Of a stretch of DNA of 47,477 bases, positions 38,228 through 47,477 are shown one piece after another. Below the pieces are notes generated by a model. The model was given only the letters and a program-made list of their open reading frames with translations, was not told the DNA's origin and made no database searches. Positions within the stretch are counted from its first letter, which is position 1; each line of letters opens with the position of its first letter. The stretch is from Minisyncoccota bacterium (lineage in GTDB: Bacteria; Patescibacteriota; Minisyncoccia; Phycocordibacterales; UBA918): the NCBI GenBank assembly GCA_041688155.1, contig JBDNIW010000015.1, positions 1-47,477 on the forward strand, written 5' to 3'. The position numbers were made by a program, and so were the translations under genes.

Positions 38228-38467
38228 GTGCTCTTCCTCAATAGTGACTAGCTACGTTATTGTGCTAGTCTTCTACGATATATTATACACATATTTTAAT
38301 AAAAGTCAACCACTTGCCTTTGACTTCGCTAACTAACACGCTATACTTGGACTATCTGTTACTGACTGCTCGGCCCGGAAGGCCGAGCAGTCTTTGATAA
38401 GAGATCTAACAACTTAATACTTGTTCAGCCGTGCTACAGGCCCGCTGGGCGTAATACCTATATATTT

Positions 38468-40075
38468 ATGTTTGACCTGAAAGTAATCAACTCGGTACTA
38501 ACCGAAATGGAAGAAGAACGTGGTATCCCGCGGGAACGAATGCTGGCCGCTATGGAAGAAGCGCTCGCGACCGCGTACCGCAAAGAATTTGGCAAGCGTG
38601 GACAACTCATCACGTGTGCTTTTGACATGGCTACGGGAACCACGACATTTAACCAGATCAAAATCATCGTCGATGCCAGTATGCTCAAACCAGAACTGGA
38701 AAAAGACGAGGCTGGCAATGTGATTGGGCAGGAGCCAGTTCGGAGCGAGGGTCACCGCGGCGACCACCGTCATGAGCCAGAAGAAGAAGCTGACGCCGAC
38801 GGCAAAATCCGCTTTGATGAAGAGAAACACATCATGATTGAGACGGCCAAAATGATTAAAAGTGGTGTCACTCTCGGAGAAGAACTTGTGTTTCCACTGG
38901 AACCAAAAGACGACTTTGGTCGCATCGCCGCCCAGACTGCCAAGCAAGTTATCATGCAAAAAATCCGTGAAGCCACCAACGAATCAGCTATGGCTGAGTT
39001 TGCTCAAAAAGAGGGTCAGATTATCGTTGGCCAGGTGCAACGGTTCGAGCGCGGCAACCTGTACGTCGACCTAGGTCGAGTGACAGCCATCATGCCGTAC
39101 GACGAACAAATCCCGGGAGAACGGTTCAAACCGGGTGATCGAATCCGAGCACTATTGCTCGCAGTAGAGGAAACCCCACGTGGAATATTTCTCAAACTAT
39201 CACGGTCACACCCTGACTTCTTGGTCGAACTATTTGCCATCGAAGCACCTGAACTACAAACTGGCGCGGTAGTCGTCAAATCAGTCGCCCGCGAGGCTGG
39301 TGCCCGCACCAAAATCGCCGTACACGCGACTGATACCCACATCGACCCAGTCGGGTCACTCGTCGGGCAGCGCGGAGTGCGCGTATCGACCGTCATGAGC
39401 GAGCTCGGTGGTGAGAAAATCGACATCATCGAGTGGTCACCAGTGATGATAGAATTCATCGAAGACGCACTCTCACCAGCCCAGGTCCTGGAGATAACTA
39501 TCAAGCAAGAACCAAACGCCGAGACCGGTGATCGCGGCCACGCCGTAGCCGAAGTCGCTGGTGACCAACAGTCACTCGCCATCGGACGCGGTGGTCAAAA
39601 CGTCCGCCTCGCAGCCAAGCTAACAGGCTGGAAGATCGATATTGTGTCTGCTACCACTGGCGAAGACCTGGCTGAAGCGGATGCCACAGGCGCAGTCACG
39701 CTTGAGGCCCCATCAGACACCGTTGCCGGTGATGATGCTGACGTGATGGAAAGCAATGACGCCACCACGACCGCCCCAGACATCGAAGACATCCTGTCAG
39801 ACGCGGACGAGACCCAAGACCGAGACGCTTATGGTGCATTTGAAGAGAACGACGTCGACACCCCAGAAGAAGCTGAGGAACAACTAGCCGAGGCCGAAGC
39901 AAACAAGAGCACCCTGGGCGAAGCCGAGGTAGAGGTAGCAGATTTTGCCGAAGGCAACATGACCGACGGTCTAGAATCACAAGCCAACATCAACGACACC
40001 AGCACCCCCGGTGAATCAGAAATGGTTGAGACTGAAACAGAAGAGACTGCAGAACCAGAGGAAAATAAAAAGTAA
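38468..40075 (+). CDS. nusA: Transcription termination factor NusA with long acidic tail
   Basis: FGRIAAQTAKQVI, AREAGARTKIAV and LAIGRGGQNVRLAAKLTGWKIDI. Confidence 0.98.
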   Translation: MFDLKVINSVLTEMEEERGIPRERMLAAMEEALATAYRKEFGKRGQLITCAFDMATGTTTFNQIKIIVDASMLKPELEKDEAGNVIGQEPVRSEGHRGDHRHEPEEEADADGKIRFDEEKHIMIETAKMIKSGVTLGEELVFPLEPKDDFGRIAAQTAKQVIMQKIREATNESAMAEFAQKEGQIIVGQVQRFERGNLYVDLGRVTAIMPYDEQIPGERFKPGDRIRALLLAVEETPRGIFLKLSRSHPDFLVELFAIEAPELQTGAVVVKSVAREAGARTKIAVHATDTHIDPVGSLVGQRGVRVSTVMSELGGEKIDIIEWSPVMIEFIEDALSPAQVLEITIKQEPNAETGDRGHAVAEVAGDQQSLAIGRGGQNVRLAAKLTGWKIDIVSATTGEDLAEADATGAVTLEAPSDTVAGDDADVMESNDATTTAPDIEDILSDADETQDRDAYGAFEENDVDTPEEAEEQLAEAEANKSTLGEAEVEVADFAEGNMTDGLESQANINDTSTPGESEMVETETEETAEPEENKK

Positions 40076-40096
40076 TCTTCATAAACAAGAAACGCT

Positions 40097-40128
40097 AAAC
40101 CGCCGGACCAAGAAAGGTCCGGCGGTTT
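40097..40128 (+). terminator. Terminator after nusA
   Basis: aaaccgccggacc-aagaaa-ggtccggcggttt. Confidence 0.7.
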
Positions 40129-40237
40129 GCTGCGGCAGTACTTTTTGGCGATAGTACACTAATACGCAACTCTTTCTTCCCCTCCACCCCAATCTGCGCT
40201 ACCATACGTTCATTATCTATCGCTAAGTTTCTTTTCT

Positions 40238-41152
40238 ATGATCAAAGTATTTGGACACCTTTCACCTGATACCGACTGTACCGGCAGCGCTATCGTTTAT
40301 GCGTGGTACTTGTCGGAGCGGACTGGAAAAGAAGCGACGCCGTACGTGCTTGGGGACCTCAACAAAGAAACGGCATTTGTGCTTAGTCGCTGGGGTGTGT
40401 CAACACCCGCCCTCCTTGAGTCAGTTACGGCTGGAGAGGATGTGGTGATTGTTGACACCAACAACCCACAGGAGTTGTTCTCGAACATCAACGACACCAA
40501 CGTTATCGAGATTATCGACCACCACAAACTAGTCGGGGGCATCGTCACTACTGAGCCTCCGACGGTGACTATGCGCCCGCTGGCGTCGACGGCGAGTGTC
40601 ATCTACGGCTTGATGGGCGACATCGAGCTACCGGAGCACGTTGCGGGGATTTTGCTGTCTTGCATCCTCTCTGACACGCTCGAATTCCGCAGCCCAACGA
40701 CCACCCCACATGACAAAGACATCGCCGAAAAACTAGCCGTCCAACTGGGGATTACGATGGCTGATTATGCGTCAGAACTATTTGCAGCTAAGAGTGACAT
40801 CAGTGACTTTACCGATAGCGGACTGGTCAAGCTCGACAGCAAGAAATATGGGATTGGTGATATGAATTTCCGGGTGTCAGTGATCGAGACAACCGATGTT
40901 CAAACCGTGCTGGATCGCAAAGCCGGTATCGTAGACGCTATCGAAGCCATCAAAGCCGCTGAAAGCGACGTCGACGAAGTCCTGTTCTTTGCGATTGATA
41001 TCCTGAACGAAGCCGCTACCGTGTTTATCTACAACGACGAAGTAAAACGAATCATCGAGCAATCATTTGCAGTAACAGTAGAATCAGACACCGAGATCCT
41101 GCCCGGGATTGTGTCACGCAAAAAGCAGATCCTGCCGATGCTCAAAGTATAA
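40238..41152 (+). CDS. ppaC: Manganese-dependent inorganic pyrophosphatase (family II)
   Basis: FGHLSPDTD, IIDHH, ILSDTL..SPTTT and SRKKQI. Confidence 0.96.
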   Translation: MIKVFGHLSPDTDCTGSAIVYAWYLSERTGKEATPYVLGDLNKETAFVLSRWGVSTPALLESVTAGEDVVIVDTNNPQELFSNINDTNVIEIIDHHKLVGGIVTTEPPTVTMRPLASTASVIYGLMGDIELPEHVAGILLSCILSDTLEFRSPTTTPHDKDIAEKLAVQLGITMADYASELFAAKSDISDFTDSGLVKLDSKKYGIGDMNFRVSVIETTDVQTVLDRKAGIVDAIEAIKAAESDVDEVLFFAIDILNEAATVFIYNDEVKRIIEQSFAVTVESDTEILPGIVSRKKQILPMLKV

Positions 41153-41240
41153 CCAGAACAGCAATTGTGTGTATAGCGCCACTGGGGTCATAACCCTAGT
41201 GGCGCTATACTGACGTGTATACACATTGATAATTATTACT

Positions 41241-41978
41241 ATGAAACTACCTTATACATTTTTCCTGTTTCCGCTCGCACTCTCACTCACTCTGTCTGGG
41301 AGCGTGTTCGCCCAAGAAGCAGACACCCCAGAATCTACTGCTACCGAAACGTCTACCACCCCCAGGGAATCAGACCGGGAAGCAGCTCGCGCTAGCATTG
41401 AGGCAGATCGAGAAGCAGCCCTAGAAAACCGGGCGCAAATGCAGGCCCAGCGGGAAGCCACTCGAACTGAAGCAGTCGACACGCGAGAAGATAGGCGTGC
41501 AGAGGTAGAAACCCAACGGGAAGAGCGACGAGCGGCTCTGAGCGAACGCGCATCAGAAAGAATCATCAACCTCGCGGCCAACATCAGCAACCGCATGGAT
41601 GCGGCTGCTGCGCGAATGCAGAACATCGTCGGTCGCCTAGACAGCCGCATCGACAAACTAGACGCGGCTGGACTAGATACCACCGAGGCTAGAGTGGCGC
41701 TCGCATCGGCCCAGCTGTCCATCAACACCGCTGTTAATACCCTGGCGACCATCGACGCTACGGTTCAAGCCGCGGTGAGTTCAGAAGACCCACGAGCCAG
41801 CTGGACATCGGTCAGGGTGACATTTACAAACGTCCGCGCAGAACTAACTACCGCCCACACCGAAATCAAAGCCTCCGTCCAGGCCCTCAAAGACGCCGCA
41901 GAGGCCATTGAGAGCAGTCGGGCCGTCGCCCCGACCGCAACCGAGGAACCAGAGGTTATCGAAGTAACAACAGAATAA
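41241..41978 (+). CDS. Hypothetical secreted coiled-coil protein
   Basis: Signal peptide ending VFAQ; Glu/Arg/Ala-rich helices. Confidence 0.85.
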   Translation: MKLPYTFFLFPLALSLTLSGSVFAQEADTPESTATETSTTPRESDREAARASIEADREAALENRAQMQAQREATRTEAVDTREDRRAEVETQREERRAALSERASERIINLAANISNRMDAAAARMQNIVGRLDSRIDKLDAAGLDTTEARVALASAQLSINTAVNTLATIDATVQAAVSSEDPRASWTSVRVTFTNVRAELTTAHTEIKASVQALKDAAEAIESSRAVAPTATEEPEVIEVTTE

Positions 41979-41988
41979 GTAACATACT

Positions 41989-42414
41989 ATGGAACCTGAT
42001 ACAAAAAACCCCAACTCCGCACCTGACTTGTCACACGAAGAAATGAAGATGCCCGAAAACAGTGCCAAATCAATCCGTCAACCAGAACGTTCACAAACGC
42101 CAGTCAACGGTATTATTATTCTTATCCTCGCCCTACTGCTCGTTGGTATTCTGGGAGGTATGTACTACTGGTTTAGCCAACTCACGGCCAATACGACACC
42201 GGTGCCAACCGTTGAACGTCCCACCAGTGAAGAGAACAACGAACCGGAAAGCACCACTGCTGAGGCCGCTGTTGAGAACCAAGCCGCCCTGAGTACTTCA
42301 GACGAAATTGCTTCAATTGAAGCCGACGTGCTCGCGACCGACCTCGATTCACTCGATGCTGAGCTTATCGCCATTGATGCTGAATTAGATGCTGCTTTGA
42401 ATGAATCGTTCTAA
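41989..42414 (+). CDS. Hypothetical single-pass membrane protein
   Basis: TM segment followed by acidic STSDEIASIEADV..DLDSLDAEL tail. Confidence 0.85.
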   Translation: MEPDTKNPNSAPDLSHEEMKMPENSAKSIRQPERSQTPVNGIIILILALLLVGILGGMYYWFSQLTANTTPVPTVERPTSEENNEPESTTAEAAVENQAALSTSDEIASIEADVLATDLDSLDAELIAIDAELDAALNESF

Positions 42415-42499
42415 AGCTGCCCTAGTCAGACAGAACCCGCCACTAGGCGGGTTTTTAGTACCTTGCAAAATCCCGGGAGTTCGGTAGGCTACTGCCACT

Positions 42500-43624
42500 A
42501 TGCCACATTCACACAATACTAACTGGAAAGAAGCCTTTACCATCGAAGAACTACCTGATTCCCAGGTCAAAATCACCGGCGAGCTATCATACGCTGAACT
42601 AGCCAGTGAGCGTAACGCTGCGCTGGTTGCGCTGGGTAAAAACGTGGAGCTAGATGGGTTCCGCAAAGGACACGTGCCCACCCCAATCCTAGAGAAACAC
42701 ATTGGCACCATGAACATCCTCAGTGAGATGGCTGAGCGAGCTATCGCCCACTCGTATCCACACATCCTCGCTGCGTTCGAGATTGATGCCATCGGCCACC
42801 CCCACATCGAGGTCACCAAAATCGCCCCCGAAAACCCGCTGGCGTTTACCGCTACGGTTGCTGTCGTACCAACATTCAAACTACCTGACTACGAATCAAT
42901 CGCCAAAGAAATCAACCTCGCCAAGCCAACCGACGAGGTAACTGACGCCGAGGTAGACGCAAAAGTACAAGAAATCCAAAAATCAAAACGAGCGTACGAC
43001 CGGATGCAAGAACTGTCACAGCAGCAGCCAGCTGCAGGCGACACCAACACATCAATGGAGGAAGTCCAGGCCAAGGTGGAGAAAGACACCGACGCTCCCC
43101 TACCGGAACTAACCGACGAGTACGTCAAAACCCTCGGCCAGCCGGGTCAATTTGAAGACGTCGCTGGATTCAAAACTGGCCTACGTGAACACCTCACCGC
43201 TGAGAAAAAGCAACACAACGCTGCCAAACACCGCGCTGATATCACTGACGCTATCATCAAGAAAACCGACATCACCCTGCCGCAAATCCTCATCGACTCT
43301 GAGATCAACCAGATGTTCGCCCAGATGGAAGACGACCTCAAGCGTTCAGAACTCAAAATGGACGACTACCTGACCCACATCAAAAAAACCAAAGAAGACC
43401 TCGCGACCGAGTGGAAACCAGCGGCGCAGATGCGAGCACAGTTGCAACTTATCCTCAACGAAATCGCTAAGGACAAGGAAATTAGCCCCGACGAGGCTGA
43501 GGTAGCCAACCAAACCGCCGCCCTCAAAACCAAATTCAAAGACGCTGACGAACACCGCGTCAAGCTATACGTCATCTCCATGCTCCAAAACGAAAGTGTG
43601 ATGAAGCACCTAGAGCAAATCTAG
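42500..43624 (+). CDS. tig: Trigger factor lacking the FKBP domain
   Basis: LDGFRKGHVP ribosome-binding signature; 374 aa; short linker before PELTDEYVK. Confidence 0.93.
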   Translation: MPHSHNTNWKEAFTIEELPDSQVKITGELSYAELASERNAALVALGKNVELDGFRKGHVPTPILEKHIGTMNILSEMAERAIAHSYPHILAAFEIDAIGHPHIEVTKIAPENPLAFTATVAVVPTFKLPDYESIAKEINLAKPTDEVTDAEVDAKVQEIQKSKRAYDRMQELSQQQPAAGDTNTSMEEVQAKVEKDTDAPLPELTDEYVKTLGQPGQFEDVAGFKTGLREHLTAEKKQHNAAKHRADITDAIIKKTDITLPQILIDSEINQMFAQMEDDLKRSELKMDDYLTHIKKTKEDLATEWKPAAQMRAQLQLILNEIAKDKEISPDEAEVANQTAALKTKFKDADEHRVKLYVISMLQNESVMKHLEQI

Positions 43625-43742
43625 AAGATCACACAGAGAACAGCTGCACCGATACTGGGCCGCTGTTTTCTTTATCCTAAATCTGCTACCATGCACTTAG
43701 CGCCATTGGCGCGCTCCGAATAATTGAAATTTGAACTAATTT

Positions 43743-44345
43743 ATGAAAAAAGAAACCCTGCCGATCGAAAACTACCTCGTCCCGATGGTAATTGAGAAAA
43801 CTGCTGGTGGCGAACGGTCGTTTGACATCTTCTCTCGGCTGCTCAAAGAACGGATCATATTTGTCTCAGGTGAAGTCCGTGATGAGATGGCCAACCTAAT
43901 CGTAGCCCAACTGTTGTTCCTCGAAGCCGAAGACCAGAAAAAAGACATCACCCTGTACGTCAACTCACCCGGTGGGAGTGTGTCGGCTGGTCTGTCAATC
44001 ATCGACACCATGCACCACATCAAACCAGACGTCGCGACCGTTTGTATGGGTATGGCCGCGTCCATGGGATCACTAATCCTCTCACAAGGCGCTAAAGGCA
44101 AGCGATTCATCCTCCCCAACGCCGAAGTGATGATCCACCAACCATCAGGCGGAGCGTACGGCCAAGCGTCCGACATCGAGATTACTTCAAGACATATCAT
44201 AAAGACCCGTGAACGGTTGAACCGCATGATGACCAAGGCCACCGGCCAAAAGCTCGACAAAATTGCTAAAGACATGGATCGCGATTTCTTCATGGACGCT
44301 GAAGAAGCGATGAAATACGGTATCGTTGATAAAGTTTACAAATAA
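43743..44345 (+). CDS. clpP: ATP-dependent Clp protease proteolytic subunit
   Basis: [24 protein letters not shown] and MIHQP. Confidence 0.98.
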   Translation: MKKETLPIENYLVPMVIEKTAGGERSFDIFSRLLKERIIFVSGEVRDEMANLIVAQLLFLEAEDQKKDITLYVNSPGGSVSAGLSIIDTMHHIKPDVATVCMGMAASMGSLILSQGAKGKRFILPNAEVMIHQPSGGAYGQASDIEITSRHIIKTRERLNRMMTKATGQKLDKIAKDMDRDFFMDAEEAMKYGIVDKVYK

Positions 44346-44373
44346 ACTAAAAAATCCCAAAGGGTGACCCATG

Positions 44374-44412
44374 GTAAAACACAATCGGCGCTTTGCGCCG
44401 ATTGTGTTTTAC
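44374..44412. terminator. Terminator after clpP
   Basis: gtaaaacacaatcggcgc-ttt-gcgccgattgtgttttac. Confidence 0.75.
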
Positions 44413-44483
44413 AAAATCCCTATAATCCAGTACAGTTTAAAAATACCAACCTGACCGATATACTAGATTTAGAAAAGCTGCTT

Positions 44484-46013
44484 ATGCCACCACTGATGTT
44501 TGCCCTTGCGCTCGGTGGCGCGTTGTTACTGGGAGTCGTTGTGGGCTACGTATTTCGATACCTTCACGCCCTCTCACAGAAAAATTCGATTGAACTAGAG
44601 ATCAAAGAACGAGCCGTAGAAGCTGAGGAAAAAGTGCACGCTATCATCGAGCGGGCTGAAACCAAAGCCGACAAAATCGAACAAGACGCAAAAACCGACC
44701 GCAAAGAAAAAGAAGATAAATTGAACCAAAAAGAGTCCCGCCTCGACAAACGTGAGGAGTTGCTCGACGAGCGCCAGATTGACGCGGATTCGCAAAGAGA
44801 AGCGCTCGAAGCAAAAATAGTCGAGATCAAAACCATCAAAACTCGCCTCGACCAACACGTCGAGGAAGCCGACCAAAAACTGGCAGTAATCGCTGGCCTG
44901 ACCCAAACCGAGGCGGTAGAACAAGTATTCCTTAAAGCCACGGTCGAGCGGGCCGAAGACCTACGTGCGCGCATCGAGAAAATCGAACGAGCTGGGGACG
45001 AGGTGTACGAAGCTAAGGCCAGTAACTTGCTGCTCGCAGCGATCCACCGCGTTGGCAACACCATCTCCCCCAACCTCATGACCGCCCACGTCGAGTTACG
45101 GTCAGATGAGCAAAAAGGCAAGATCATTGGGAAAGAAGGTCGCAACGTGCGCGCGTTTGAGCGGGCCACTGGCGTCGACGTACTCGTTGACGAGTCACCA
45201 GGCTATATCGTACTGTCTTCGTTTGACCCCGTACGGCGCGAGATTGCGCGCGTGGCGCTCGAGGAACTACTCAAAGACGGCCGTATCCAACCAGCCAAAA
45301 TCGAAGAGGTAGTAGCCGAAGCGAGGGCACAAGTCGCCAAGACCGTTAAAGCTATGGGTGAAAAAGCTGCCTATGACGCCAACGTACCCAACCTTGCACC
45401 AGAGCTGATTACCATCCTAGGACGTCTACACTTTAGAACCAGTTACGGGCAGAACGTGCTGTACCACTCAGTCGAGATGGCCAACATCGCAGGGATTATC
45501 GCCGTTGAAATCGGTGCAAACGAAGCCGTTGCCCGCGCTGGCGCCCTCCTACACGACATCGGCAAGTGTGTCAGTCACGAAGTCGCTGGGACTCACGTCG
45601 AGATTGGGATTCGTATCCTCCAGAAATACAACGTGGCCGAAGAAGTCATTCTCGCCATGCGGGCTCACCACGAGGAGTACCCGTACGAAACCCCCGAGAG
45701 TATCATCGTCCAGGTGGCTGACAGCATCTCAGGTAGCCGCCCAGGCGCTCGCCGTGACTCGATGGAGAACTACGTGAAGCGTTTGACCGAACTCGAGAAC
45801 ATCGCCAAAAACCTCGTTGGGGTGGAGCGCGCGTTTGCCATCGCTGCCGGACGCGAGATCCGTGTTATCGTCAACCCAACGCAACTCAACGAATACCAAA
45901 CCAACGCCCTCGCCCGCACAATCGCGACGGCTATTGAAACCCAACTACGCTACCCCGGGGAGATCAAAGTCCACGTTATCAGGGAAACCCGCGTCGTCAG
46001 TTATGCCCGGTAA
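44484..46013 (+). CDS. rny: Ribonuclease Y
   Basis: N-terminal TM, coiled coil, KH domain (KGKIIGKEGRN) and HD domain (RTSYGQN, LLHDIGK). Confidence 0.97.
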   Translation: MPPLMFALALGGALLLGVVVGYVFRYLHALSQKNSIELEIKERAVEAEEKVHAIIERAETKADKIEQDAKTDRKEKEDKLNQKESRLDKREELLDERQIDADSQREALEAKIVEIKTIKTRLDQHVEEADQKLAVIAGLTQTEAVEQVFLKATVERAEDLRARIEKIERAGDEVYEAKASNLLLAAIHRVGNTISPNLMTAHVELRSDEQKGKIIGKEGRNVRAFERATGVDVLVDESPGYIVLSSFDPVRREIARVALEELLKDGRIQPAKIEEVVAEARAQVAKTVKAMGEKAAYDANVPNLAPELITILGRLHFRTSYGQNVLYHSVEMANIAGIIAVEIGANEAVARAGALLHDIGKCVSHEVAGTHVEIGIRILQKYNVAEEVILAMRAHHEEYPYETPESIIVQVADSISGSRPGARRDSMENYVKRLTELENIAKNLVGVERAFAIAAGREIRVIVNPTQLNEYQTNALARTIATAIETQLRYPGEIKVHVIRETRVVSYAR

Positions 46014-46157
46014 CAAATTCTCGTAAAATACTACAACACACATTTATGCCTGCTGGCCAATTGCATTGCAGCTATACGTTGCTATATAATGCTGACATAG
46101 CCAATGAATGGCGAATGCGAGCAATCACACTCGCCTTACAATTAAATTCTAATTCCT

Positions 46158-46430
46158 ATGAACAAAGCAGACCTCATCAACAAAGTACACGAAGTACTCG
46201 ATACCACTAAAGTTGAAGCCGAACGAGTTGTCGACACTGTGTTCGATACCATTACCGCTACTATGAAAGACGGTGACCAAGTTTCAATCGCCGGGTTTGG
46301 TATCTTTGAAGGAAAGATGAAAGCCGCTGGAACAGCGCGCAACCCACGAACTGGAGAATCAGTTCAGGTACCAGCCAAACGAGTACCAAAATTCCGCGCA
46401 GCCAAGGGACTCAAAGACACAGTAAAGTAA
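46158..46430 (+). CDS. hup: DNA-binding protein HU
   Basis: MNKADLI, GFGIF, RNPRTGE and PKFRA. Confidence 0.97.
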   Translation: MNKADLINKVHEVLDTTKVEAERVVDTVFDTITATMKDGDQVSIAGFGIFEGKMKAAGTARNPRTGESVQVPAKRVPKFRAAKGLKDTVK

Positions 46431-46442
46431 ACGGCAATAAGT

Positions 46443-46488
46443 AGAACAAACCAAACGGCACCTGAGGGTGCCGTTTGGTTTGTTCTGT
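46443..46488 (+). terminator. Terminator after hup
   Basis: agaacaaaccaaacggcacc-tgag-ggtgccgtttggtttgttct. Confidence 0.8.
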
Positions 46489-46536
46489 ACGGACACTACC
46501 ACCTAGTGACGACCACTATATTCATGCTACAATTAT

Positions 46537-46640
46537 TGGGTAGTGGAGGTAAAACACTATATATGTGGAGATACATATAGAGACTTACAACTACTATTTC
46601 CCATCACAATTGTAAAAGCCCCTCAGCCGGGGGCTTTTAC
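46537..46640 (+). ncRNA. Candidate ~100-nt small RNA
   Basis: TG-C-TACAAT at 46525-46533, bulged hairpin at 46537-46603 and terminator at 46612-46640. Confidence 0.35.
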
Positions 46641-46661
46641 TATGCGAATGGATTTTGATTG

Positions 46662-47180
46662 CTAGATTACCACTTTGGAGTAAGAGAAATTATTTAGTTC
46701 TCCTTCAATGTCAGCATACGTTTTACCTGCCAGCACACCACCAGCGATAAAGGTTTCTTGGGTAATATCCGCGAGACAGAAATCGGGCATTTGAAAAGCG
46801 TCTTTCTCAGCTTCACTATCGAATTCAAAATCAACTAAAACTAACCCCGCTAATTCCCCTTCAAACACGTCAAACTCAGCGGTGTGGCCCTCATGCTCAA
46901 AAAAGTACCGTATCTTCTCTACCCTACGCGATCTAGTGGCAGCAAAGCTTTCGAACTCGATTTGATTCAGTGCAATCGTTGTTTCTGTTTGCTTTGACGC
47001 ATCCCCGTCTTCTACTGGAGTTTTTCTGGTTAGTTCGTATTTGTCGCCATTTTGTCTGATTCTCAAATCAAAATGATCGGTTCCATTATCGACATAGAGA
47101 TCGATGATTTTCTTGAATGAGTAATCCGGCAAATTAGCTGGTAACGACTTGGCGAGGTACGTGAGTTCTAATTCAATCAT
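46662..47180 (-). CDS. CYTH-domain protein
   Basis: ELELTYL, LRIRQ, LTRK, EKIRY, EFDVF and LVDFEF. Confidence 0.88.
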   Translation of the reverse strand: MIELELTYLAKSLPANLPDYSFKKIIDLYVDNGTDHFDLRIRQNGDKYELTRKTPVEDGDASKQTETTIALNQIEFESFAATRSRRVEKIRYFFEHEGHTAEFDVFEGELAGLVLVDFEFDSEAEKDAFQMPDFCLADITQETFIAGGVLAGKTYADIEGELNNFSYSKVVI

Positions 47181-47292
47181 GGAATTATGGTTACTTTTTT
47201 AATAGTTGCCACGATGCGTTATCGCCGACTCTGGATTCAGCTAATGTAGCAAATGCGTTGGAAAATAACAATTACTACGTACGGATACAAAT

Positions 47293-47335
47293 ACCCTAAT
47301 CCCGCAGAATAGCGGGTATTCTGCGGGATTAGGGT
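47293..47335. terminator. 19-bp stem terminator
   Basis: accctaatcccgcagaata-gcggg-tattctgcgggattagggt. Confidence 0.75.
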
Positions 47336-47345
47336 GTTTTCTTTG

Positions 47346-47473
47346 TGCGGGTGGAGGGAATCGTCCTGACGGTCACTACGTTATTTATTTCCTTTCAGTC
47401 ATAACTAACGTGCGCCGCGGGACACCCCTCACTTGTTCGCAGGCTCACAGCGCTCCGGCGTTCGATTCCCTCC
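47346..47473 (-). other. tRNA 3'-end fragment within an inverted-repeat-bounded element
   Basis: Minus strand reads CGATTCCCTCCACCCGCA (47363-47346), a T-arm 3' half plus acceptor 3' strand; 11-bp inverted repeat 47353-47363/47463-47473. Confidence 0.55.
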
Positions 47474-47477
47474 GTAA

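Noticed and set aside
38365-38393. Hairpin containing CCGGAAGG resembling SRP RNA helix 8
   Set aside because: The stem is perfectly paired and lacks the conserved CAGG/AGCA internal loop; treated as part of the nusA leader.
42500-43624. Trigger factor missing its PPIase domain
   Set aside because: Real, but to my knowledge a common CPR feature, so not novel.
153-46342. Many long antisense or alternate-frame ORFs in the ORF track (e.g. 4121-4669, 9344-9940, 15283-15954, 10936-11496, 44564-45169)
   Set aside because: They overlap well-supported genes and look like shadow ORFs from codon bias; no recognisable motifs.
47191-47271. Short open frame LLFSNAFATLAESRVGDNASWQLLKK on the minus strand
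   Set aside because: No ATG, no motif, and its length is within chance expectation.
1-47477. CRISPR array, DGR template/variable repeat pair, stop-codon recoding, introns or inteins in core genes
   Set aside because: No regularly spaced repeats, no reverse transcriptase, TGA ends genes normally and core proteins are near normal length. A diverged long-range repeat could be missed by eye.

Overview
This is a core-chromosome window from a Patescibacteria (CPR) genome, probably Parcubacteria and Kaiserbacteria-like. That placement is inferred from the trigger factor lacking its FKBP domain, S12 reading VKDIG, ComEC split into two genes, GYAWS-repeat secreted proteins, a type IV pilus cluster and core genes without Shine-Dalgarno sites. 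TGA is used as a stop (code 11). Main content: (1) fragmented str/S10 clusters (rpsL-rpsG / fusA / tuf-rpsJ / rplC-rplD-rplW-rplB) with accessory genes in the gaps; (2) comEC, a metallo-beta-lactamase-fold gene, sod, rnhA, recJ, HIT, pgk and tpiA; (3) a pilB-pilC-minor pilin operon; (4) nusA, ppaC, tig, clpP, rny, hup and a CYTH gene. I found no CRISPR array, rRNA, complete tRNA, transposase, integrase or reverse transcriptase. The most interesting signals are intergenic: a structured repeat element just 3' of the rpsJ, tuf and rpsG stop codons; long structured 5' leaders on rplC and pilB; a headless Cys-rich C-terminal cassette near a modular surface protein with a TSP1-like tail; a Pro-rich 27-aa sORF in an attenuator-like structure upstream of comEC; an unannotated 22-aa basic peptide; symmetric bidirectional -10 promoters; a candidate sRNA; and a tRNA-3'-end element at the right edge. 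All structures were read by eye. No folding, alignment or database search was run.
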